Position numbers and translations under genes: made by a program
Shown here: positions 1-6,318 of the stretch, piece by piece
Numbering within the stretch: the stretch's first letter is position 1
How the letters are laid out: every line of letters starts with the position of its first letter
NCBI GenBank assembly: GCA_964367575.1
Contig: CAYIYF010000001.1
Coordinates: 1 to 33,785, forward strand
Source: Candidatus Woesearchaeota archaeon
GTDB lineage: Archaea > Nanobdellota > Nanobdellia > SCGC-AAA011-G17 > UBA489
DNA: 33,785 nucleotides
Direction: 5' to 3'
The notes under the pieces: model-generated
Told to the model about the DNA's origin: nothing
Database searches by the model: none
What the model saw: the letters and a program-made list of their open reading frames with translations, nothing else

Positions 1-310
1 TGTTGTACCCTTTATGGTCAAACCACTCAAGAATCGCAGAAATTAGTTCAACTTCATTCTGGGCTGTTACTGTGTACAATAATCGCCAACCATTCGGCAA
101 GTCATACTTCCATAAGTTGCTTATCTTGTATTTCCGTACATACTCTTTTGGGAATAATCTCTTTGGAATTTGGATACCGGCAAAAGCATTCTCTTTTAAG
201 TCCTTGATTGCTCGAATCATACCTTTCTTAATCGGGTCATCTTCTTTCAATTCATTAAAATCTCTTTCAAGCTCATCAGAAATAAATACAACTTTAGAAG
301 GTTTAATCAC
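1..310 (-). CDS. RelE/ParE-superfamily toxin-like protein (3' end runs off the window)
   Basis: Absent from the ORF track because there is no stop inside the window. Hand translation of the minus strand from GTG (310-308) is open to base 1: VIKPSKVVFISDELERDFNELKEDDPIKKGMIRAIKDLKENAFAGIQIPKRLFPKEYVRKYKISNLWKYDLPNGWRLLYTVTAQNEVELISAILEWFDHKGYN. The LWKYDLPNGWRLLYTV...ILEWFDHKGY core resembles RelE/ParE toxins. The GTG overlaps the upstream TGA (GTGA). An internal ATG at 220 is an alternative start. Confidence 0.6.
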   Translation of the reverse strand, partial: MIKPSKVVFISDELERDFNELKEDDPIKKGMIRAIKDLKENAFAGIQIPKRLFPKEYVRKYKISNLWKYDLPNGWRLLYTVTAQNEVELISAILEWFDHKGYN

Positions 311-591
311 CCCCTAATCTCCTTTCTGGACATTAGTTTTTTAAGTAATGCCGAATTCCAAATCCATGCAATATGTCCTTCTTTATCAACAGCAATCTTA
401 TTGATGTTTTCTAAGTAGTCCAAGATTACCAAGAATGTCTGCCACATCACTTTTTTGGGAAGTTTTTTCCACAATTCTGTTCTGTTGAACTCTCCACTAT
501 ATTTTTCGATGGTTTTTTCCACCATGAGAACAGTGTCTAATGTTGGAGATCTTACAAAGGGGTTTTTTGTCTTGTTTGTTAATTCTTGCAT
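307..591 (-). CDS. small winged-helix-like protein, putative antitoxin/regulator partner of the RelE-like gene
   Basis: Track ORF 307..597 begins with TTG; the first ATG is at 591 (MQELTNKTKNPF...). It lies directly upstream of the RelE-like ORF with a 4-nt GTGA overlap. No family recognised by eye; the role is inferred from position. Confidence 0.45.
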   Translation of the reverse strand: MQELTNKTKNPFVRSPTLDTVLMVEKTIEKYSGEFNRTELWKKLPKKVMWQTFLVILDYLENINKIAVDKEGHIAWIWNSALLKKLMSRKEIRG

Positions 592-598
592 ACGCAAA

Positions 599-618
599 TA
601 TATATCAATTGATATATA
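599..618. promoter_or_regulatory. perfect 20-nt palindrome TATATATCAATTGATATATA, candidate TATA/operator for the 591..1 operon
   Basis: Read directly: tatatatcaa / ttgatatata are reverse complements. It sits 8-27 nt upstream of the ATG at 591, which fits a leaderless archaeal transcript and autoregulation. Confidence 0.4.
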
Positions 619-759
619 AGCTTTTCGCTAGGAATTTTACCCAAAAACAGGATGAGGGTATAGGTAGGGTACCATTTTTTGTACGCTTTATAAATAAGGC
701 TTTGGAGAAAGTTTTTATATGACCTTTACAACATTTAAAATGAAGAAAAGAGGGAATAT

Positions 760-915
760 ATGTCATCAATTTTAAAAAAGAAGGTTACAAGAAAAAAATT
801 TCTAAAGTTAAGTTTAGCCATATTTGCTACAGCAATTATTGGTTCAAAATTAAATATCCTAAATAGAAATGAAAAACATAATCGTGGATATGGAAATAGC
901 CCATACGGTGGATAA
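760..915 (+). CDS. 51-aa ORF consisting essentially of a Tat/Sec-like signal peptide
   Basis: Hand translation: MSSILKKKVTRKKFLKLSLAIFATAIIGSKLNILNRNEKHNRGYGNSPYGG*. TRKKFLK resembles the Tat consensus S/T-R-R-x-F-L-K with RK in place of RR, followed by a hydrophobic h-region. The stop at 913-915 is 2 nt before the ATG of the next gene, in another frame. Confidence 0.4.
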   Translation: MSSILKKKVTRKKFLKLSLAIFATAIIGSKLNILNRNEKHNRGYGNSPYGG

Positions 916-917
916 AA

Positions 918-2714
918 ATGCCATCACTACCACAGCCAGGAGAAACAAATTGGGGAAATAAGTTAAATGAATTTATTCTTACAGGACATAACATAGATGG
1001 CACATTGAAAGGAGTTTTTTCAGGTGTTCTTAATCCGAAAGACTTTGGAGCTAAGGGCGATGGATTAAATAATGATGCTCCTGCATTCCAGGCGATGGTT
1101 GATAGTGTACCTGCTAATGGACGTGCATCAGTCGTAATCCCTCCTGGCACTTACAAACTCAACACAGTCATTACTGTAACGAATAAATTCATTTCTTGGT
1201 ATGGGTGCGGTCCGAATGTCACAGAACTGCGCTTTTTAACGAGTGGATTTGATGTTAATGCTCCAACAGCTGATCCGAATGGCAAGCCAACACTGCTCAT
1301 CAAAGACATGAGCATCTTGTCAATAGGAATTGTTACTAATGGAGTGACTCCTAATACGTTCGCTATAAAATATCGCGGTACAACAACAACTGGAATTGGT
1401 GGCAGTGCACTACTAGCTTCGAACCTTGTAATCGAGGGTCTTGATTGGAACAATAATGCCTTCGGAGTAATCTTTGACATCGCTGATTGCCAGAAGGGAC
1501 GCATAGAAAATGTTATGGCACTCGGCAAGAATGGAGTCCACGTAGCAGACCCTAATGACCCGACAAGCACTACAGCATACTTTGTCAAGATTGGCAGGAA
1601 TTCAACTGGACTGCAGATTCATCACTGCGAAATTTTCTTAGTGCATACATGCGTTGGAATCTTGGATGGAACTTCAGAAGGCATTTATGTATCAGATTGC
1701 ATCTTTGTGAAATGTCATCGGGGTGTTGTAGCTGATAAGTCTCTCACTGGTGGTGCGATGGGAGGACTACAAGTCTTTCGCAACCACATAGCAGTTTTCA
1801 AAGAGGCTGTGCTGCTCATACGAGGTAGTACAGGTACTGGAGTAAATGAAGTTCACATAAGTGAGAACTACATCCTGCCACGCGGAGATGCTCTTGCTAC
1901 TGAAGCGTCTGTTGGCATTAAAGTTGGTGGCGAACGCATCCACATCACTAACAATCTTTTATTATTAAACACAGGGGGTCCTGGTGCTTCTTATACTGGC
2001 ATCACAATTGACTCTGCTTCTGGTGGTCCAGAGGTGAATGTAGTTACTGGAAATATAATTCAAAACTACAATAACAACGCTTCTATCATTCTTGCTGCTG
2101 GTACGCAGGGGAATGTAATCACTAGTAACATAATCAATGGCACTGGCGGAATTTTGGACAATGGCGTGCCTGCTTCAGACAATCCAAACATAATACGCTT
2201 CAACATTGGATCCAACGCAAACAAAATGGATATATGCCGTGTGAAGAAGTCAGTAACTCAGGCAATTCCTAACACTGATCCGTCAACATACCAAGGAACA
2301 CAAGTTACTTTCGACACTGAAATCTTTGACCGTTTTAACACTTTCAATGCTGCAGGCAGTTATATCTCAATACCCGGTGGCGTGACACAAGTTCGCCTGA
2401 CAGCTGGCGTGCGCTTTGATGTGCCTTCAGGTACGACGAATACAAATAGCGGTATCTACTCATTGGCAATCTTCAAATCCAATCCTGCTACCGACGTATT
2501 AATCTGCAGGCAGGTAATCGAATCAACTTCAGGCAAAGGAATCAAGAATCCTGATGGCAGTGGAGACGGAATAGCTTTGTGCGTGGACTCTGGTGTTATA
2601 ACAACAACCGGAGGCGAGCAATTTTCTATTTGGGTTCATCAACATACCGACGATACAACATTAAATATTTTAAATACTCCAGAAACTTTCTTTTCTGTTG
2701 AGTTCCATAGATGA
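918..2714 (+). CDS. pectate-lyase-superfamily right-handed beta-helix protein (tailspike/depolymerase-like) with a possible jelly-roll C-terminal domain
   Basis: NPKDFGAKGDGLNNDAPAFQAMVDS...VVIPPGTYKL is the typical N-terminal signature of Pectate_lyase_3-type beta-helix proteins. Gly/Asn/Ile-rich beta-helix-like repeats follow. No signal peptide of its own. Confidence 0.75.
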   Translation: MPSLPQPGETNWGNKLNEFILTGHNIDGTLKGVFSGVLNPKDFGAKGDGLNNDAPAFQAMVDSVPANGRASVVIPPGTYKLNTVITVTNKFISWYGCGPNVTELRFLTSGFDVNAPTADPNGKPTLLIKDMSILSIGIVTNGVTPNTFAIKYRGTTTTGIGGSALLASNLVIEGLDWNNNAFGVIFDIADCQKGRIENVMALGKNGVHVADPNDPTSTTAYFVKIGRNSTGLQIHHCEIFLVHTCVGILDGTSEGIYVSDCIFVKCHRGVVADKSLTGGAMGGLQVFRNHIAVFKEAVLLIRGSTGTGVNEVHISENYILPRGDALATEASVGIKVGGERIHITNNLLLLNTGGPGASYTGITIDSASGGPEVNVVTGNIIQNYNNNASIILAAGTQGNVITSNIINGTGGILDNGVPASDNPNIIRFNIGSNANKMDICRVKKSVTQAIPNTDPSTYQGTQVTFDTEIFDRFNTFNAAGSYISIPGGVTQVRLTAGVRFDVPSGTTNTNSGIYSLAIFKSNPATDVLICRQVIESTSGKGIKNPDGSGDGIALCVDSGVITTTGGEQFSIWVHQHTDDTTLNILNTPETFFSVEFHR

Positions 2715-2739
2715 GTTATGTCTATTCAAGCTTGAAGTG

Positions 2740-3405
2740 TCAACATATCTCAATAAAATCTCGAGGAACTATGGTCATAATTTCATAACCTTCCTTTTTG
2801 ACAAGTAAAGTATCCTCAATTCGTATCCCGAATTTTTCTTTTTTATTTGAAATATAAATTCCAGGTTCTATGGTAATAAAATCTCCTTCCCTCAAAAAAT
2901 CATTGCTTTTTGGATGCAATTTTGGTTTGATATGGATATGTTTTCCTACGCCATGCCCCAGTCCATGCATATAATATTTTTTGTAACGTCCAAGCAAGTC
3001 TCTTGAATATCTGTCAAGTTCAAAGCCACTTACACCGTCTCTTACTTTTTGCACACATTTCCACTGGCATTTTTTTATTAAATCATAAAGTTTTTTCTCT
3101 TTACTATTTGCCTTTCCAATAAAGACCGTTCTTGTCATATCTGTGCAGTAGCCATTAACCTTGGAACCAAAATCAAGAATTAAAAAACCTCGAGAAAAAT
3201 TTATATCTCTTGGTTTGGCATGGACTAGACTGTTATTATTGGCAACTATTGGGGGATATGAACTTCCAACACCATAATCTTTAAATCTCTTTAAAATGTA
3301 ATCCCTCACATCATTTTCCTTTTCAAAATTAAAATCCTTAGTGATCTCATTAAATATACTGGCATTAATTTTGCATGCTTTTTTTACGCTTTGATATTGG
3401 TTCAT
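2740..3405 (-). CDS. M24-family metallopeptidase (Xaa-Pro peptidase/prolidase-like, catalytic domain only)
   Basis: Pita-bread metal-ligand pattern: LDFGSKVNGYCTDMTRT (Asp, Asp), HGLGHGVG (His), TIEPGIY (Glu), IRIEDT (Glu). Confidence 0.8.
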   Translation of the reverse strand: MNQYQSVKKACKINASIFNEITKDFNFEKENDVRDYILKRFKDYGVGSSYPPIVANNNSLVHAKPRDINFSRGFLILDFGSKVNGYCTDMTRTVFIGKANSKEKKLYDLIKKCQWKCVQKVRDGVSGFELDRYSRDLLGRYKKYYMHGLGHGVGKHIHIKPKLHPKSNDFLREGDFITIEPGIYISNKKEKFGIRIEDTLLVKKEGYEIMTIVPRDFIEIC

Positions 3406-4265
3406 TTTTTGAAAAGATTTTTCACCAGAAAAAAGATGTTTTCCTTTCTTTCTTTAAGCCTCCTAAAATAATAGGGAAACCATTCTTCTCCATAGGGAAT
3501 ATAACACCTGACAGCACATCCTTTCTTGGCCAATTCCTCCTTAAAATAAGGCCGTATTCCGTAAAGCATCTCAAACTCATACTTTTTTTGAGGTATTCTT
3601 TTCTTTTTTATAATCTTTCTTGCAAAATTGATTATTGCATCGTCATGTGTTGCAATAGCAATGAACTTACTTTTACCTAAAAATGAATTAAGAATTTTTC
3701 TGTAATTTTTATCAACATCACTTTTTTTCTGATAGGCTACGATTTCATTTTCCTTGTAAGCACCTTTAACAATTCTCAAACTTCCTTTTAATCGCACAAT
3801 TTCATCAGCATCACTATAGGCTCTATATAGATATGCTTGTATCGCCTGAATAACGTCATTGTTATATTTCAATATCTTCTTGTAAAGATGCATAGTCATT
3901 TCAGTATTTGCAGAGCCTTCCATGTCTACTTCAAGCCTTAGGTGCAATCTTTTTGCGGCAATTGCAATCTTTTTAAAATTTTCAAAACAAAAATTTTTAT
4001 CTATGGCCAAACCAATTTTGGTCAGTTTAATGGATATATTTGCGTTTAGTTTCTCTTTTTTTATTCTTTCAAGAATTTTTATATAAACCGATGTTGCATA
4101 ATTAGCAGCAGCCCTATTCAGAACATCTTCACCAAGATGGTCGATAGTAGCATTTATATTTTTTTCTTTAAATTTCTTGGCAGCACCTATAGCACTATCA
4201 AGTGTTATGCCGGCTACAAAACGCTTTGCTAGAAATGCTAGTACTTTCATAAGGCCTCTTTTCAT
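3402..4265 (-). CDS. monofunctional proline dehydrogenase
   Basis: FVAG...DHLGED, LRIVKGAYKE, IATHDD, EMLYGI and IPYGEEWFPYYFRRLKERKEN match the PRODH (PF01619) layout. ATGA overlap with the downstream M24 peptidase gene. Confidence 0.8.
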   Translation of the reverse strand: MKRGLMKVLAFLAKRFVAGITLDSAIGAAKKFKEKNINATIDHLGEDVLNRAAANYATSVYIKILERIKKEKLNANISIKLTKIGLAIDKNFCFENFKKIAIAAKRLHLRLEVDMEGSANTEMTMHLYKKILKYNNDVIQAIQAYLYRAYSDADEIVRLKGSLRIVKGAYKENEIVAYQKKSDVDKNYRKILNSFLGKSKFIAIATHDDAIINFARKIIKKKRIPQKKYEFEMLYGIRPYFKEELAKKGCAVRCYIPYGEEWFPYYFRRLKERKENIFFLVKNLFKK

Positions 4266-4501
4266 TGGTTATAATGTAATTGAATATATTAAGGTAACCT
4301 AAGCTTCTTAGAACAATGGTATAGACACTCCGAATAGTAGAGTGAGGGGTTATTGGTAGCTTTTAGAAAATCAACCAACAGAAGTTAGGTTAAACAATGA
4401 ACTTTTTGATAAAGTCCTTAACCCCCTTATTTGAGAAGACCTCTTTAAAAAGAGTGTCATTACAAAATCTTTTTAAGATAACTCTAACATCTCAGTTCTT
4501 A

Positions 4502-4819
4502 ATGTTTGTTGTCATTGAAACCAAAACGTACCAAGAAGAGTTAGATAAATGGACAAAAGCTGACAAAGAAGCTGCTAAAAAATTACCACAAAAACTATCC
4601 GAAAATCCATTCGTTGGAAAGCAACTCACGTACAAATTTCTCAGAGAAAAGCACATTGGTGGGAGAAGAGTTTACTACCTCATTTATGAAGATTTTAATC
4701 TTGTGCTGCTGGTTGCCACAAGCGAGAAAAAAGATCAACAAGCGACTATCGACCATATCAAAGGCAACTTGGATGATCTTAAAGCTCTCGCTGAAAAGAT
4801 ATCTAAGCAACTCTCTTAA
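4502..4819 (+). CDS. RelE/ParE-like toxin-fold protein, paralogue 1
   Basis: Track ORF 4397..4819; the likely start is the internal ATG at 4502 (MFVVIETKTYQEELDKW...), giving 105 aa against 104 aa for the paralogue at 5173. ENPFVGKQLTYKFLREKHIGGRRVYYLIYEDFNLVLLVATSEKKDQ resembles the RelE/ParE core. A TATA-like tttttaagat lies about 25 nt upstream. Confidence 0.55.
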   Translation: MFVVIETKTYQEELDKWTKADKEAAKKLPQKLSENPFVGKQLTYKFLREKHIGGRRVYYLIYEDFNLVLLVATSEKKDQQATIDHIKGNLDDLKALAEKISKQLS

Positions 4820-4943
4820 AACGACCTTTCTTTAAGTCTTCTAAACTGTTTTTGAATTGTCTTATTAAATCAAAGTCTATTTCTTCTAATTTTTTCAAAC
4901 GTTTGTATTCTTCTTTCGAAATACTAATCATTTCTTGTTCCAT
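4803..4943 (-). CDS. 46-aa ribbon-helix-helix-like mini-protein, putative antitoxin/regulator, copy 1
   Basis: Not in the track (too short). Hand translation: MEQEMISISKEEYKRLKKLEEIDFDLIRQFKNSLEDLKKGRFKRVA*. A short beta-strand (ISIS) followed by a helix is RHH-like. Convergent with the RelE-like gene, with a 17-nt 3' overlap. Confidence 0.5.
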   Translation of the reverse strand: MEQEMISISKEEYKRLKKLEEIDFDLIRQFKNSLEDLKKGRFKRVA

Positions 4944-4963
4944 TGTAATTACATTATTGCTGT

Positions 4964-5006
4964 AACTTGTTTATAAGTTTTGCTCGTAGGTGCGATGAGC
5001 CATTTT
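4964..5006. repeat. 43-nt block identical to 5641..5683 (upstream region of the RHH-like mini-gene)
   Basis: aacttgtttataagttttgctcgtaggtgcgatgagccatttt occurs identically at both sites. It contains a TATA-like cttataaacaag (minus strand) and the imperfect inverted repeat gctcgt-N7-atgagc. Confidence 0.8.
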
Positions 5007-5057
5007 AGAATACTTCGAGAAGGCTTGAGATTGCTAAATTCAAAGACCTTTATAAGT

Positions 5058-5088
5058 AAAAACAGGATGAGCCGAGGAATACCTGAAC
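5058..5088 (-). pseudogene. fragment copying the 3' end plus trailer of tRNA-Val (compare 8576..8606)
   Basis: aaaaacaggatgagccgaggaatacctgaac against aaaaaccggatgagccgaggaggatttgaac: 26 of 31 identical by hand alignment, same orientation. The T-stem is destroyed, so it is not a functional tRNA. Confidence 0.6.
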
Positions 5089-5172
5089 GTTAAAGGTTCA
5101 AGTCCTTCCTGGTTTTATTCAGTTCTCTCCTCATGACACAATCTTTTTATAATTGCCTCTTTTCTTTTTATC

Positions 5173-5487
5173 ATGTTTAGGGTTTTTAGATCTGAATGGT
5201 ATGAGAAAAAGTTGAAAAAACTCGACAAAGATTATCAAGAGAGAGTTTTTACTTTCGAGCAACATCTCAAAAATGAACCTTATTCTGGAAAGCCTCTAGG
5301 CTATACATTTTTTAGGGAGAAAAAGTTCAATGGAAATAGGTTGCTTTTTCTTGTTTATGAAGAGCATAACGTTGTCTTTTTAGTCACGTTAACAAATAAA
5401 AAAGCACAACCGCACGAAATTGACTTAATTAAAGCTAATCTTGATGTGTATAAAGAAACGATACAACGATTAGTTAAAAATCTTTAG
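5173..5487 (+). CDS. RelE/ParE-like toxin-fold protein, paralogue 2
   Basis: MFRVFRSEWYEKKLKKL...NEPYSGKPLGYTFFREKKFNGNRLLFLVYEEHNVVFLVTLTNKKAQ is collinear with the 4502..4819 product. Confidence 0.55.
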   Translation: MFRVFRSEWYEKKLKKLDKDYQERVFTFEQHLKNEPYSGKPLGYTFFREKKFNGNRLLFLVYEEHNVVFLVTLTNKKAQPHEIDLIKANLDVYKETIQRLVKNL

Positions 5488-5621
5488 ACTTCTTTTACTT
5501 TCCCTGAAAGAATATCCTTGATGCCTCTTGCTATGTCATCCAAGAGTTCTTGATCTACTTTTGCCATTTTCTTTAATTCTTCATATTCTTTTTTTGGTAT
5601 CTTAATCATTTCTTGTTCCAT
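5484..5621 (-). CDS. 45-aa RHH-like mini-protein, copy 2
   Basis: Hand translation: MEQEMIKIPKKEYEELKKMAKVDQELLDDIARGIKDILSGKVKEV*. Its stop overlaps the stop of the convergent 5173..5487 gene by 4 nt. Confidence 0.5.
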   Translation of the reverse strand: MEQEMIKIPKKEYEELKKMAKVDQELLDDIARGIKDILSGKVKEV

Positions 5622-5640
5622 TGTAATTATGTAACTGTTT

Positions 5641-5683
5641 AACTTGTTTATAAGTTTTGCTCGTAGGTGCGATGAGCCATTTT
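5641..5683. repeat. second copy of the invariant 43-nt block
   Basis: Identical to 4964..5006. The similarity extends with mismatches over roughly 4921..5040 and 5599..5720. Confidence 0.8.
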
Positions 5684-5766
5684 GGAATGCTTTTAGAGAG
5701 CTTAAAACGCTAGAATTTTATTTATAAAAACATCCTGTTTATTTAAAAGCAACATAAATTAAAAAA

Positions 5767-6267
5767 TCATTTCCATCGCATCTTATGCTCAATTAAGATT
5801 GCTTCTAAAGGTTTCACATCAAACCTAGTAACTGCAAGTCTTCCATCATATCTTGCTTCGGCAATCCAAGAAGACCAAGAAGGCAAGAATTGTGTGGAAA
5901 AATCCTTGATAGTAAACACATTTGATTTATAGATTGGCATATACTCAACGCTTGCTTCAACTGTATGAAAATCAGGAATGTTTCCATGATGAACTTTATT
6001 ATTTTCCCAAAATACTGGTTTGCCAGCATTATCTACACCATATGCACGAAAGGAGAGATGCAACTTTGCATCATTTTCAAAATTTTGTGCATCATTAAAC
6101 TTTAATCTTGTCCCTTTAACAATTATATCGCTATCTGAAGCAACAGAACTGCCATCTGGAGTGGTAATAAATGAAAATTCATTAGGTTCATGCAAATATC
6201 TTTCGTTTAAACTTCCACATGCAGCAACATACAATACTCCTGCACCAAAAAATAAGGATTTTTTCAT
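5767..6267 (-). CDS. putative lipoprotein, function unknown
   Basis: Track ORF 5767..6318. The internal start at 6267 gives MKKSLFFGAGVLYVAACGS, a signal peptide with a lipobox-like VAAC. It directly follows the metzincin gene on the same strand. Confidence 0.5.
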   Translation of the reverse strand: MKKSLFFGAGVLYVAACGSLNERYLHEPNEFSFITTPDGSSVASDSDIIVKGTRLKFNDAQNFENDAKLHLSFRAYGVDNAGKPVFWENNKVHHGNIPDFHTVEASVEYMPIYKSNVFTIKDFSTQFLPSWSSWIAEARYDGRLAVTRFDVKPLEAILIEHKMRWK

Positions 6268-6318
6268 AAAACCATTAAAGTAAAACATATTTAAAAAACT
6301 ATCCATTCTAGTATACAT

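Noticed and set aside
3-317. Plus-strand 104-aa ORF from the track
   Set aside because: The product is low-complexity and hydrophobic-looking with no motif. The opposite strand encodes a convincing RelE-like sequence coupled to the upstream gene, so this is an antisense shadow ORF.
900-918. Programmed -1 ribosomal frameshift joining the signal-peptide ORF to the beta-helix ORF
   Set aside because: I see no canonical X XXY YYZ slippery heptamer in the zero frame and no obvious downstream structure. It is kept only as one of several explanations in the finding, not asserted.
4397-4501. N-terminal 35-aa extension of the RelE-like ORF in the track
   Set aside because: The extension has no counterpart in the paralogue at 5173. 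A TATA-like box lies inside it, about 25 nt upstream of the ATG at 4502.
4994-5001. Recurrence of the 8-mer GATGAGCC in the 43-nt blocks (also 5672..5679) and in the tRNA-Val end and fragment (5066..5073, 8584..8591)
   Set aside because: The similarity does not extend beyond 8 nt on either side. This is compatible with chance, so no functional link is claimed.
5090-5112. Plus-strand T-arm-like AAGG-TTCAAGT-CCTT next to the tRNA-Val fragment; considered as a Nanoarchaeum-style split-tRNA half
   Set aside because: The T-stem has only 4 bp, there is no 7-bp acceptor partner, and no anticodon-stem strand is present. More simply it is decayed tRNA-derived sequence.
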